From the NCBI GenBank assembly GCA_964016885.1, contig OZ024760.1, positions 33,418,001 through 33,482,000 on the forward strand: 64,000 nucleotides of DNA. The letters run 5' to 3'. The translations under genes and the position numbers were made by a program. Each line of letters opens with the position of its first letter. The first letter of the stretch is position 1. The notes below the pieces were generated by a model. The model was not told the origin of the DNA. It worked only from the letters and a program-made list of their open reading frames with translations, and ran no database searches. Below, one piece after another: positions 20,755 to 36,297 of the stretch. Source of the DNA: Eledone cirrhosa. Lineage: Eukaryota.

Positions 20755-21290
20755 AATAAAATATTAAACAAATAATGAATAAAACAATGAAACAGTTCCT
20801 TATATTAAACAAAAAAAGTTCATTATTTAACGATCGTTTCTAGGATATATATGTGTTAGAATTGGCATGCATATTCAACAGATCTATGTACAAAATTATA
20901 CAAAATTATACAAACTATCAAGATTAAATATACATACCAAACACACATATATGCCGTCTTCAGAAATAATGAAATATATTTATTGATAATAACAACAATT
21001 CAAAATTTCAGGTCCGTTTGGGAACGGAGTTCAAAATTGACCAATGAAAATACAAAAAGTTTTATGCAGTTTGGTGTGTGTATATACATGTAACTAACCC
21101 CGTACACATATTTATACAAAGATATATGCTCAACATGCATACGCATGCCAAAAAGATGTATGCAAATACAAAAATTCAAGGCTAATGTCTCTGTAAGTTT
21201 ATAATCCACAGATAAAATGCGTATAGACACATAAATATGAAATAAGTGTATACACATATTCTCATACTCACACATATCCGTACACTCACA
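20755..21290 (-). mobile_element. Non-coding HHR-bearing repeat, family E (diverged copy at about 55988-56800)
   Basis: Collinear similarity between 20770-21290 and 56137-56650; no ORF seen. Confidence 0.7.
20819..20973 (-). ncRNA. Hammerhead with about 115-nt stem II domain (also 56183-56323, minus)
   Basis: TTCATTATTT-CTGAAGA-cggcATATATGTGT...ACACATATAT..-GAAA-cgatcg-TT-AAATAATGAA. Confidence 0.8.
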
Positions 21291-21412
21291 CACATATATA
21301 TATACACATATATATATATATACACATATATATATATATATACACATACATATATATATACACATATATATATACACATATATATATACACATACATATA
21401 TATATACACATA

Positions 21413-21452
<40 letters not shown>

Positions 21453-21466
21453 CATATACATGTATA

Positions 21467-21498
<32 letters not shown>

Positions 21499-21507
21499 CA
21501 TACATAT

Positions 21508-22872
21508 ATATTGTTATACTTTGGGAGGGTCATGTTGCCAATAAGAAACACACGCACCAGTTGCTTTCACTTCAATTTATTATAATAAATTTATAATAAA
21601 TTTATAAATTTCTGGTTGGTTGGTTGGTTCCACAACCAGATAGTTGTTTATATATTGTCATAGTTCTTTCGTCACACACTCTGTGACCTCTTCAGTGACT
21701 GGGGATTCCTTTCTTTGTTTCTGTGCCTCTCCTTTGTTCTGTCCTACGCCATTTTGTTTCTGAGTGTGTGTTGTGTGCTCAGTCTGCGCATGCGCCACAT
21801 CCGGGTGTCTGTGTGTGTTTATGTTCATTTATTTATTTGTTTATTTACATTTATGGTTGGTTGTTTGTTCTATGTGTGTGTGTGTTTTCATTTTGTCCTT
21901 AATTGTAAGTTGTGATGTTACTGTTCCACTCATATTTTCTATTTAATTTTGGTTGTAATTATTTTATGTTTATTGCCTCTGTGATTTGTCTAAACATTGC
22001 GTCTTTTCTGTGTGTAGATTCTATTTTTATTTCTATGTTCTCTAATTTACCCTTATGTTCTATTTTAGCATGTTGGTAGAGTGCAGATGATTCTTTACTA
22101 TCTTGAAGGTCTCGCCAGTGTTCATTTATCCGTTCCCCTACACTACGAGCTGTCTCACCTATGTACACTATATTTTTGTCTCTACATTGTCCTTCAGTAC
22201 ATCTTATGCTATACACTACATTTCTAGTTTTACAGTTAATATGGGGGCTTATTTTACAGGTTATACATTTCTTATCTATACATGAGGGTCTTTGAAAAGG
22301 GTATGTCTTTCTAATAAGTGTTTTTACGGAGGTACCTGGTCTTTCTACTATCTTAATATTGAGTTTATGTTTATCTAGGGCCCTTCTAAATTTGTAAGCT
22401 AATTCACCTCTAGGGGTTGTATCGATGAACATTACACTCTGGTATTTATTGCTATCATACCATGAGTTTATTCTATTAGCCTTGTTCCTAGTTCTTTCTA
22501 TTCTATTCCAAAATTTGCTCCTATACAAGGGGCAGGTCCCATTTATGTCATTATTTACCATTTTTTCCCATTTGGTTCTGGCTCCTCTATACACTCTGAT
22601 TTTATCTCTCTGATTGTAGCCTGAGAACTGCATACGGTGGATGAAGTGTTGTATGTGTCTCTCTAGTTATTCGGGGTTGCACATGCGGGACACGTTTCTC
22701 ATCACCGGTACCAAATCCGCAATCAGTATGTTGATTTTGGTATGGTCCGAAACGGCCGAGTTTCGGTGGATGTGTTTCTTATTGGCAAAATAACCCTCCC
22801 AAAGTATAACAATATCGGTTTCAACACACGATTTCAGATAAAGAATCTTGCTAAACAAATTCAGAAACGAAT
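21508..22872 (-). mobile_element. PLE family A copy 2: 5'-truncated 3' end with an inverted tail at about 22770-22872
   Basis: ORF 21959-22633 matches the C-terminus of copy 1 (small deletion near the end); both ends are element 3' tails fused to TA. Confidence 0.92.
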
Positions 22873-23924
<1,052 letters not shown>

Positions 23925-26732
23925 AACTTTGAATAACTTTGAAATGTTTTGGCCAGTATTGGCCCAGGCCATGTCTAACTTAATAGCACCACCTGGCGAA
24001 GTCTTTCAATTCAGGATTTGGGCACCATGGCCCATTCGAGAAGAGAATTACTGTTTGCGGAGACATATCCGGGTTTGGGTGGTTTGTCTGGGATTACTTG
24101 GAGGAATTTGTCCAAAGACTTCTTGAATTTTGTGTGGTCAGTTTCTGTTTTGACGTGTCCTGGTGTGATGTTGAAGAGAGCAGGGCCAATTGAGGTGAAA
24201 TAATTGTGCCGTATTGTTGTTATGAGTTGCAATTTAGATTTTTGTATGGGACGGATAGCACGGGGCCCAAGCCTTGGGTGTATCTTGAAGGCGATGCCAA
24301 AATCATTTGGGCAGTGATGATGGAATATTTTCCACATCATGCAGATAATATAACGCTCATGGCGACGTTGGAGTGAGTAAAGTTTCAGCTTTTCTAGTCA
24401 ACCCCAGTAGTCAAGGTCTGACATGCCATCTATCTTTTTCGTGATTGCCCTTTGAGGAGCTTCAAGTTTCATGATACTTTGTTTCGTGTGGGGAGACCAC
24501 AGTGGACAACAGTATTCAAGGTGTGGTCGGGCAAAAGTAGAGAAGAGAAGGATAATGGTGTGGGAATCTCTCGACTGGAAGGTTCTGAGGATCCAGGAAC
24601 ACATTCTGCGGGCCATGTCAACTTTGCTGCTTATATGCGTGGCCCAGCTTATGTTGCTGTCCACGGTTACTCCCAAGTCTCTGATATTGTTAGATGCCAC
24701 GAGAGTTTCCCCGGAGGGAAGGGAGTACGGGAGTTTCAGAGCATCCTCTTTTCCAAAGTGGATCAGTTCGAATTTGTCTTCGTTCAGCAACATGTTGTTC
24801 TTTTCCGCCCATTGGGTAACAGCCAGTAGGTCTGACTGAAGGCTTATCCGGTCATCCACGCCATTGATGACCTTTTGGAGCTTGGAATCATCAGCGAAAA
24901 TGTTAATGTTGCTGTGTTTGATGATGTCAGTGATGTCATTAATATAGATGATGAAGAGAAGTGGGCCCAACACAGTGCCTTGTGGGACCCCACTACTGAC
25001 TTTGGCTGGGCTGGATTTGACTCCTTCAACTACAACATGTTGGGTTCTGTTTGACAGGAAACTCTTGATCCACTGCAGCAGCTTTCCAGTGACACCAATA
25101 TTGGACAGTTTTCTCAGTAGAATGTTATGATCAACCCTGTCAAAGGCCTTGCTGAAATCAAGGTAGATAACATCAGTGTTGGAACCCTCTCCCAAGGCTC
25201 TCAAAATGTCATCAAAGTGATGCAGTAGCTGCGTCAGGCAATCCCTTCCATTACGGAATCCATGCTGGTTGGAGTTCAGCATATTGTTACTCTCAAGGAA
25301 GTGGGTCATTCACGATCTCACCACTCTCTCAAATACCTTAATGATATGAGAGGTGAGTGAGATTGGACGGTAATTCACGGCAAGGGATTTGTTTCCTTTT
25401 TTGATAACTGGGACAACAGACTGGGATAGAAGGTTTTCTGGCACATATCCAGCATCCAGTGAGTTCCGCCACAGATTGGCAAGAGGAGATGCAAGTTGGT
25501 GTTGACACGCCTTCAAGACACAAGCAGGGAACCTATCGGGACCTACTGCTGAATTATGCTTGATTTCCTTTATTGTCGCTAAGACATCAGGGGCGCCAAA
25601 CGTCATGTCCGATAAGGTGTAATGGGGAGTAACATCGCCGATACAGCCCAGATCGGCCATATCAGGATTGCTGAAAACAGAGCAGTATTGTTTCTGCAGT
25701 ATCTCACCCATGGTTTTAGCATTGTCTTGAAGAGTGCCATTTTCATCAATTAGAGGGCCAACAGTAGAGCCAGTGATTTTGTGTTTTTTTTTGCAAATGA
25801 AAAGAACACTTTGGGATTGAGTTTGATCTTCTCAATGGCCCAGGCCTCTTCAGCTCTTCTCTGATTGTTGATGAGAGACATTATGTTGTTTTGGAGGTTA
25901 TGTTTTTTAATCTCTAGTGATGAAATGGCAGTCAAGTTGATGTGTTGCTGCTGACAGTATTTCAGCTTGTTGATTTTTTTTGTTCGTTCTCTTAATTTTT
26001 CTGATGAGCGTTTTTCTATTTCTAGGGATTCTGCTCTTAGATTTGTTTATAGTTCTTAATGGGGTGTGTTTTGCACATATGTTTGTAACAGTGTCCACAA
26101 ATGTCTGCCATGACTTTTTGATGTTAGTGGGTGTATGAGTGTGCGCGAAGGACCAGTCGACATGTGCAAGATCATGACTGATCGCTTCCCAGTTTGCATT
26201 GTGGAAATCCATAGCGTCAAACGGATGGACAGGAGAGATGACATTGGGTTTGTATATTGGACGGTGGAATCTCAGATCACAGAGAACCATGTCATGATCA
26301 GAGAGTAGAGTTTTCTCCACTGCAATATTGTGGATATTGTCAGTGTGATTGCTGAAAATTAAGTCTAGGACGTTTATGTGGCACCTCGTTGGTTCGAGCA
26401 CCAGTTGGGATAGGAAGAAATCATCCATGAAGTCAAGAAGCGATTCCACTGCTTCCCTGTCAGAGGTTGAGGCAGAAGAACCTGGTGGCAGGTGTGTTTG
26501 TGGACCAGTCAACTCCGGGGAGGTTGAAGTCCGCCATCATTGAGATGTTGTCAGGGTGACACTCTTGGATGAAACACTTTATGCTGTTGAGGCATTCCTT
26601 GAAGCATGGTACAGGCGTTTGGGGTGGCCTATAGAGCCCAACTACTATTAGGTTGTTGGTTTGACTGAATACAGTGACTGCTTCGCAGTATCCATTAGTG
26701 AATATGTTCATACCCTCTGTTGAGAAAGAATT
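23925..26732 (-). mobile_element. CR1-group LINE, decayed ORF2 (AP-endonuclease C-half plus RT), 5'-truncated
   Basis: GLYRPP, ADFNLP, VLDLIFS, SDHDMV, NYRPISLTS, QHGFR, YLDFSKAFDRVDH, GVPQGTVLGPLLF, FADD, DLGV, RPHLEY; in-frame TGAs at 25310 and 24398; (TTCAAAGTTA)2 tail. Confidence 0.92.
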
Positions 26733-27814
<1,082 letters not shown>

Positions 27815-27818
<4 letters not shown>

Positions 27819-28338
27819 TGAAACAAAATGAAAACGAAATTTCATTTCTCACTCTTAGTATGGCACTTACTTAAATGTAAGAATGCATGTATACGTACAT
27901 ACATATATGTATACAGACGTACAGTAGCATGCACATATATATATATATATATACATATATATATACATATGCATACAGGTACACATACATATATGCACGT
28001 ATCAGTTTAGCGGCGCTAACGTCGCTTTGTTCACAAACTGAACAGCCTGAATTTATGCCATACGGTGTTAAGGCAACCACGTCACCTTTTTGTTCAACAC
28101 TGACACATGAACGATGTACTAGTTTCAAGCTTGTTAGCTATCATCAGCACCGTTTACCCATCTGCCAGATAGTTGAACGTTCGAAAGTATATACTTTCCT
28201 TATGAAAATTAACGGCTGAGCAGCCTAATTTGCATATTGAGTGAGTTAAATCGGTCAGGCATACCGAAAACGATAAATTGAAACAAAATGAAAACGAAAT
28301 TTCATTTCTCACTCTTAGTATGGCACTTACTTAAATGT
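27815..28338 (-). mobile_element. Family H unit: 460-bp monomer plus 64-bp terminal redundancy; HHR at 28112-28152
   Basis: 27815-27878 is repeated at 28275-28338; minus strand CGGTG-CTGATGA-T-AGCT aaca AGCT-T-GAAA-ctag-TA-CATCG. Confidence 0.85.
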
Positions 28339-29971
28339 GATCTACCAGTGCAACGTGAGGACGGACACCTCCAACATAGCTTATATAGGATTAACCACAT
28401 GTGACTTCAAGACCCGGCTATACCAACACAGACATACCTTCCGAAACCCGGCCCGGCGTCACGCCACTACACTTTCGGGCCACATATGGGACCTCAAGGA
28501 TAACAACATTACCTATGATCTCACTTGGAGCTTACTGTCCAGAGCCAACTCTTACACGGGATGACGCCGTCCGTGCAATTTATGCTCGGAGGAAACTTTA
28601 CAAATGCTGTTTTCGACGGACCAACTCCTAAACAAGAAAGATGAACTGGTTATTGCATGTAAATATAGATTGCGTAGGACTTACCTCGCCCTCAAACCCC
28701 ATAATGACCCGGGGGGGTAGACTAGGGCTATAACACCCCACTTGCCGATTTTGCAATGGGTAACCCCTGCTTGCCAAGGGAGACGTAAGATCTTTTTTGT
28801 ATTCTTTTATCGCTTCCTTTATTTCCTTCCTTCCCCCCTCTCTCCTTAGTCCTTCTACCCCAGCTCTTCTCCTTTGTCGGCGTCTTTTCTCGCCCACCCG
28901 AGGCTGCCCTTTGGCCCCTTGTAGCCTTAGTACCCCCACCCCCTCCCCTAGTCTAGGATAGATTTGGCGGACTCCGCCCTTTATAGCAGTTGGTTTAGAC
29001 CCCGGATACTTGTCCCCTTTTTCCGACCGCTCCCACTATTCTCTGTGCCCTCTATATTTCTTAGTGGCACTTATGCCTTATTTTTTCGTTTCAGTATTTC
29101 TTTCTTCGCTTTTCTTTTGGGTGGGGTGGATTCTGAATTTATTCTTCCGTATTCTACCTTTACTTCGTACGAACTTTCATGTAGCTTGTTTTAGATCTTT
29201 TAGAGTTAGCATTAGTATATATTTTTCTCGGGACTCAGAATTGTTATCTCGTATTAGTTCACTTTGCTGCACTGGGTGGTTGCTGTAATTGTGCCCGGGA
29301 TGGAAACCTTTATTGTTTATTTCGTGGTAGTCTCTTTAGTATTTTGGCCCCTTTTGTTGACCCGTCACCGTATCATTTACGTACTTATACCTCTTAAAAG
29401 GGTCCTCGCCTATTCCGTCCCACCTAGTTCTTTTGCTTATTTCGTTATTTCTTTATTTCTTTCTTTACTTCTTTCTTTCTTTCTTTCTTTATTTATTTAT
29501 TCTAGCCTAACAATAGCTAGAGACCTAGGTCGTAGAATTTAATTTACTTTACTTTTTTCTTTACACTCATTTGTTTTTCTTTACACTTATTTGCTTTTCT
29601 TCACTCTCAGTACTTTTTCTTTCCTATATATTTCTACCCCCCATTGTTCTACCTACCGTTCCGACTTCCTCCCCCTCCCCCTCCTCTGTATCTTCTTTGA
29701 CCTCATGCCCAGCTGTAGCTGGCACTACAAACGCTTGATTGGGGCTACTCCACCTCCTCCCCTCTTTCTCCTACTGGCAGGTTTAGCCACCATCTCCCCT
29801 ACTAATTTGCAACCACAGAATTACTACTGATTTTTGACAATCACTTTGACCATATATGGAATTACCCCTTGAGAAGATCGGCTATTTAAATACCAGGATA
29901 AATTTTCATTTAGTCCAGAATTAGCCGTCGAAACGGCTTGAGCTCAGCTGTCGGGGTCTTACTGGTTCCTA
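28334..29971 (+). mobile_element. Family C second copy (GIY-YIG end plus 3' region with HHR)
   Basis: 28337-28700 is nearly identical to 14096-14460; ends ...GGTTCCTAT then TA, like copy 1. Confidence 0.92.
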
Positions 29972-29999
29972 TATATATATATATATGTATATATATATA

Positions 30000-31575
30000 G
30001 TAATAATAATAAATTTGAAGACTAAAATCCAAAGAGGGCTCAATAAGGATAAATATATATCAAATATATAAGAACCGTAGAGCAAATATTTATTAAAATA
30101 ACAGATTAAAGTTTAACCTTGCACATATCATCACTGCTTCAAATTTAGCTAAACTACCTAGCCGTAGGAACACGTGCAACCCTGTAGTTAGTACTAACTG
30201 TAATTGTAGGAATCGGGCTGATTGCCCCCTATCCGGGAAATGCCTCTCTAGTAACATTGTCTACAAATGTAAGGTTGTAACTCCCACGTCCCGTAGGGCC
30301 TACATAGGGTTAACCCCCAATAGTTTCAAGCAGCGTCTTTACATGCATACCCATTCTTTTCGTAACCCTCTAAGAAGGAATATGACGTCACTTTCAGCTT
30401 ATATCTGGACTCTAAAAGACAACCACACCCAATATAAGTTATACTGGGAGATCCTAGCTAGGGCTAGATCGTATAACGGAAATAAAAGACCATGTGACCT
30501 CTGCGCCGCTGAGGCCCTGGGACTACTCTACGCCGCAGACCACATCTTAAACAAAAAATCTGAGGCAATTTCGGCTTGTAAACATAAATTGCACAAAACT
30601 TTCCTGTATTACAGCACCACGTTATACCCTAACGGATAGTACGATCTATACGTGGATATTTTACGTCTTGATGTGGGAGCTAAGTATATGTTTTGTTTAT
30701 TCCTTTACTTATTTGCATAGGTAAGTATATACTACCCGTATGTTTTGTGAAGGTACGTATACCTTCTCGTACGTATATTTGATTGCTATGGCGTATAATT
30801 TTATATATTCTGTGTGATTATGTAGGTTCGTACGTATGGTGGGTGTGTGTATATGTGTACTTCTTGTTTTAGTTGACTTACGTCTCCGAACATTCGTGTA
30901 TTTATATGTAGGTATGTGTGTGCGCTTGTTATATACGTATTTATTTATTTATATACGTTTATATAATTATTTATTTATTTGTATACAAGCATACACACAC
31001 ACACATATTTATATGTGCGTGGTTTTGTATACCTATGGTAAGGTTTTGCGTATGCTTGTGTATGTACGTTTTTGTTTGCGTGTATGTATTTATTTATTAC
31101 CTCTGTATTGTATTTATTTACTTTGTTCTTAACTCTGTAGCGGAGATTCATTTGGTCTCCTAGTTAGAATTTTAGTCTACGACTTCTGCTATACCATTTA
31201 CGTGGTTTTGTCTTTGCGTGCTATTGTTCTCCACGGTCCACATATGACGTATTATCTTCGTTTTTTCGTTCATTGCCAAAGAACGTCTCTATGCACCAAC
31301 TAAGAGAACATTAGTCTACGACCTCTTTTATACCATAAACGTGGTTCTGTCTTTGCGCGTAAATGTTTTTCACCGCTACTATTAATGACGTGTTATTCGA
31401 TTTTTCCCGTTCTTCGCCAGCAAACGTTTCCACGAACCAAAGTATCGTCTTCCTGTCTTCCTCCGTTTTTTGAAATATCCAGTTCTGCGTTTACACATTG
31501 ACTTTGTTAGTTTCAGAAGATCCTGTTAAGAGTGGAAGCAGCGATTCTTTGCTTAAACTTTAATCTGTTATTTTA

Positions 31576-31580
<5 letters not shown>
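30000..31580 (+). mobile_element. Naiad-type PLE 3' fragment (GIY-YIG about 30040-30639); ~140-bp tandem duplication 31171-31440; degenerate HHR-like motif 31509-31559
   Basis: NCNCRNRADCPLSGKC...IVYKC...YIGLT...FKQRL...CDLC...LNKKSE...CKH. Confidence 0.85.
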
Positions 31581-31653
<73 letters not shown>

Positions 31654-31663
31654 CTGTGTGTAT

Positions 31664-34600
31664 ATATTGTTATACTTTGGGAGCGTCATGTTGCCAATAA
31701 GAAACACACGCACCAGTTGCTTTCACTTCAATTTATTATATATTTATAAATTTACAAATTTATAAATCTATAAATTTCTGGTTGGTTGGTTGGTTCCACA
31801 ACCAGATAGTTGTTTATATATAGTCATAGTCCTTTCGTCACACACTCTGTGACCTCTTCAGTGACTGGGGATTCCTTTCTTTGTTTCTGTGCCTTTCCTT
31901 TGTTTTGTCCTACGCCATTTTGTTTTTGTGTGTGTGTTGTGTGCTCAGTTTGCGCATGCGCCACATCCGGGTGTCTGTGTGTGTTTATGTTCATTTATCT
32001 ATTTGTTTATTTATTTATTTCCATGTTATTGGTTGGTTGTTTGTTCTATGTGTGTGTGTGTTTTCATTTTGTCCTTAATTGTAAGTTGTGATGTTGCTGT
32101 TCCACTCATATTTTCTATTTAATTTTGGTTGTAATTCTTTTATGTTTATTGCCTCTGTAATTTGTCTAAACATTGCATCTTTTCTGTGTGTAGATTCTAT
32201 TTTTATTTCTATGTTCTCTAATTTACCCTTGTGTTCTATCTTAGCATGTTGGTAGAGTACAGATGATTCTTTATTATCTTGAAGGTCTCGCCAGTGTTCA
32301 TTTATCCGTTCCCCTATACTACAAGCTGTCTCATCTATGGACACTATATTTTTGTTTCTACATTGTCCTTCAGTACATCTTATGCTATACACTACATTTC
32401 TAGTTTTACAGTTAATATGGGGGCTTATTTTACAGGTTATACATTTCTTATCTATACATGAGGGTCTTTGAAAAGGGTATGTCTTGCTAATAAGTGTTTT
32501 TACGGAGGTACCTGGTCTTTCTACTATCTTAATATTGAGTTTATGTTTATTTAGGGCCCTTCTAAATTTGTAGGCTAGTTCGCCTCTAGGGGTTGTATCG
32601 ATGAACATTACACTCTGGTATTTATTGCTATCATACCATGAGTTTATTCTATTGGCCTTGTTCCTAGTTCTTTCTATTCTATTCCAAAATTTGCTCCTAT
32701 ACAAGGGGCAGGTCCCATTTATGTCATTATTTACCATTTTTTCCCATTTGGTTCTGGCTCCTCTATACACTCTGATTCTATCTCTCTGATTGTAGCCAGA
32801 GAACTGCATACGGTGGATGAAGTGTTGTATGTGTCTCTCTAGTTCTTCGGGGTTGCACATGCGGGACACATTTCTCATCAGCCGTACCAAATCCGCAATC
32901 AGTATGTTGATTTTGGTATGGTCCGAAATGGCCGAGTTTCGGTGGATCAGATGTTTGGAAGTCATGGGTTTGGCATAATGGGAATGGAGGATTTGTTTTT
33001 GGTTGTTAATGGTATCTAACCAGAGCTCTGTGTCTAGTACAGGTAATCGATGGTTGGGGTGTCTACTTGGGTAGTCTATAGTAACTCTAATGCTCTGGTG
33101 GATGGAGTTTGCTATTTGCTGGATGCTTTCCATTGTGTTTTTCTCTAGTTCCTGACTGTTCTCTAGTAGGGGTGTCTTAACTACGATGTTTATATCATCT
33201 ACGTAGCGGGAGTACATTATCAGGGTTAAGCTGTCTTCTAATTGTTCTTTAAGTTTAAGTTTAAGTCTACTGTCCCACCATACCATGAATAAGTTAGCTA
33301 TGTCGCCTGCAATGCTAACACCAATGGCTGCTCCTTCCTCTTGGGCATATGTTTTTCCATTAAATTTGAACATATGTTCCTTAAGGGTTAGTTTTATGCT
33401 GGCCCCTACCGCATGTGCAATCATTTTCTTCAGTTCATCGTGGTTTTCGGGTGTCCGTATGGCTCTGGTCCACCCGTTCCATCTATCTGTGTGGGTTTTC
33501 TTGGCCATTGAGGTAATGTTTGGTGGTCTGCCTCTTGCTGGTCTTGTAGGGCACAGGTTGCTAAGGTCATATGTGTCTAGGTAACTATTACTATAGGTAA
33601 GCTTAAGTAGAAGTCCCAGCTCACTGGTATCAATCCCACGGAACTCAGCCTTGCTCTCACTGATCATTTCTACGCATTTCTCCACAGCAAAATCCACGTC
33701 AATAGATGGATACAGGGACACAACATCCATACTGCCTATTATGCAGTTTGTTAGGTCCCCAGATCGGTTACTCACGCCGATTCTGCTGAGGAGGTCCTCC
33801 GTGCTGTCACATACATCTGGGGACATTTCAATGATGGGGCATATGATCAGGGAGAGGAAGTAGGACAGTCTGTAGTTACTAGCAATGTTAGCTCCACAGA
33901 CTGGCCGTGTTGTTGGTCCCGCGACAGGGTCACAGCTCGTTTTATGGTCTTTTCGAAGCCCATACAACGCCGGCACGTCATTGTTCCAGGCCTGGAAGTT
34001 GTTGGCAGTCCTTTTGTTGGGCTGCATTATATTCGTCCACATCACCATATGGGCATTGAGGGCTTTTTCTCTATCCTCATGCTGTCTCGTGTTAGTGATG
34101 TGGGGTTGCATTGCCTGAATGTAGTTTGGCAGGCTGTGAACCGACATTCTGCCAGACTTGTCTGTTGGAAAGCATGCTATCTCTCCATTACGTGAGCGCT
34201 GCATGAGCTTACGCAAGCCATTTGCAGATTTTTCTCCCAGTTGCTGGGCATCCATTCTATTATGCTTCTTGCTATACTGTTCTATAATATTTCTAAGTTC
34301 GGATCTAGCTATACTAAATTGTGCTTCTGTTTGTTCATCGACCTGCGACGGCAATTGCGTGCGTTTGTTAAATGGTAAAGTCGTGGCGTGGACTCGTCGC
34401 AGGATTTATCGGAGGGATTATAAAACGGAGAGTTCCAGGCTGCTGCTTTATGTGTACTAGTGCTATTATCATTGTTAGTTGTGTTGTTTCTATTTCTATT
34501 TCCACCAACAGCCTCATGGTTGTTTCTATGTCTCTCATAATTACTCCTGTCTCTTTCCACTGGCTCAATGTTGTTACCTACCCTATTTTGTGTGTCTGTG

Positions 34601-36258
34601 TGTTCGTCTTGGTTATTATCTTTGTCCTTAGTCTCCCTTCTCCTTTTAATCCTATTACTTTCCCTTATTTCTGTGATTTCTGTGCTACTGTCATTACTTG
34701 TTTTCTGTGTCTGTGTGTTTGTTAAGATTGTGGTGGTGGTGAGGGGCATTGAATGCGTGTGTGTTGTTGTCGTTGATGTGTGCTGTTGTTGATGTGTGTT
34801 GTTGTTGTCTCCGTGTGTGTTATTGTTGTTGTGTGTGTTGTTATTGTTGTTTGTGTCTGCGTGTCTGTTGTTGTTTCTGGGTATGTTGTTATTGTTGTTG
34901 TTGTTGATGTGTGTGTTGTTGTTATTGTTGTTTGTGTCTGTGTGTCTGTTGTTGTTGGGATGTGTGTTGTATATGTGTGTGCGTATATTGTTGCTTTTGT
35001 TTTTGTTTTTGTTTTTGTTTTTGATGCTCCAGCGTAGTTTTGTAAATGATTTTTCTATTTCTGACAGACAACTAATCATATTTACCTTCTTGAATGTCGC
35101 AAATTTCGGGGGCAAACACAACACAGACATCTCGTCATTATCTATTCTTGCGTTCCCATATATATTGGTGTTTTTGTTGTTGAACTCTTCTGTTAATGAG
35201 GTGTCGGCCATGTTTATACTGTCAATTTTGTCGGGATATCTATTGGTATTCTCTATAGTATCCTGATTTAGCTTTATCTGTTTAAGCCACTTTAGTTTCC
35301 TGTTAAAGTGCTTATCACATTCTTGAGTAATGTACTGTTCTTCAGGGCGTATAAGGCTTATAAATATTAGTTTCTCTCTTGGTGTGGTGATCCTAGCTAT
35401 TTCTTGTAGTAGGTTACGCTTTTGTTTTTCTTGATGACTTAATTCTCTATAGATCTTCTTTTTTATGTTTAGAATTAATGTTCGTTTTAGCCTATCTGCT
35501 TGTTTTTTGGTGAGTTGTAATCTTCTAACGTCGGTATTGATGGTGTTGGTGTAGATTCTGGATGAGGCACACTGCTTTATGAAGTATAGTTGTCGATTTT
35601 ATGGTTTTTCGTAGACAACAGAACATGGTGGTTTTCAGTATCTTGTTAGCCTGGCTAAGGCTTACGATATTTCGTTTCTGAATTTGTTTAGCAAGATTCT
35701 TTATCTGAAATAGTGTGTTGAAACCGATATTGATATACTTTGGGAGGGTCATGTTGCCAATAAGAAACATACGCACCAGTTGCTTTCACTTCAATTTATA
35801 AATTTACAAATTTATAAATCTATAAATTTCTGGTTGGTTGGTTGGTTCCACAACCAGATAGTTGTTTATGTATAGTCATAGTCCTTTCGTCACACACTCT
35901 GTGACCTCTTCAGTGACTGGGGATTCCTTTCTTTGTTTCTGTGCCTTTCCTTTGTTCTGTCCTACACCATTTTGTTTTTGTGTGTGTGTTGTGTGCTCAG
36001 TTTGCGCATGCGCCACATCCGGGTGTCTGTGTGTGTTTATGTTCATTTATCTATTTGTTTATTTATTTATTTATTTCCATGTTATTGGTTGGTTGGTTGT
36101 TCTATGCGTGTGTGTGTTTTCATTTTGTCCTTAATTGTAAGTTGTGATGTTGCTGTTCCACTCATATTTTCTATTTAATTTTGGTTGTAATTCTTTTATG
36201 TTTATTGCCTCTGTAATTTGTCTAAACATTGCATCTTTTCTGTGTGTAGATTCTATTT
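31664..36258 (-). mobile_element. PLE family A copy 3: full-length partial tandem, ORF 32075-35752 broken by frameshifts
   Basis: ORF pieces 32075-34354, 34309-35211 and 35525-35776 align to copy 1; pLTRs at 31664-32074 and about 35753-36130, then the end of an upstream ORF. Confidence 0.95.
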
Positions 36259-36297
36259 TCTGTGTGTAGATTCTATTTTCTCTGTGTAGATTCTATT

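Noticed and set aside
24398-25312. In-frame TGA codons in the LINE (and near 42340 in a PLE) as recoding or selenocysteine
   Set aside because: They fall at non-Cys positions that fit Arg (for example YWG*L versus the usual Y..RL), so CGA>TGA decay explains them; the elements are also frameshifted
31509-31559. Functional hammerhead
   Set aside because: Stems I and III and the position fit, but U4A, A13G and a poor stem II suggest decay; kept only as a remnant
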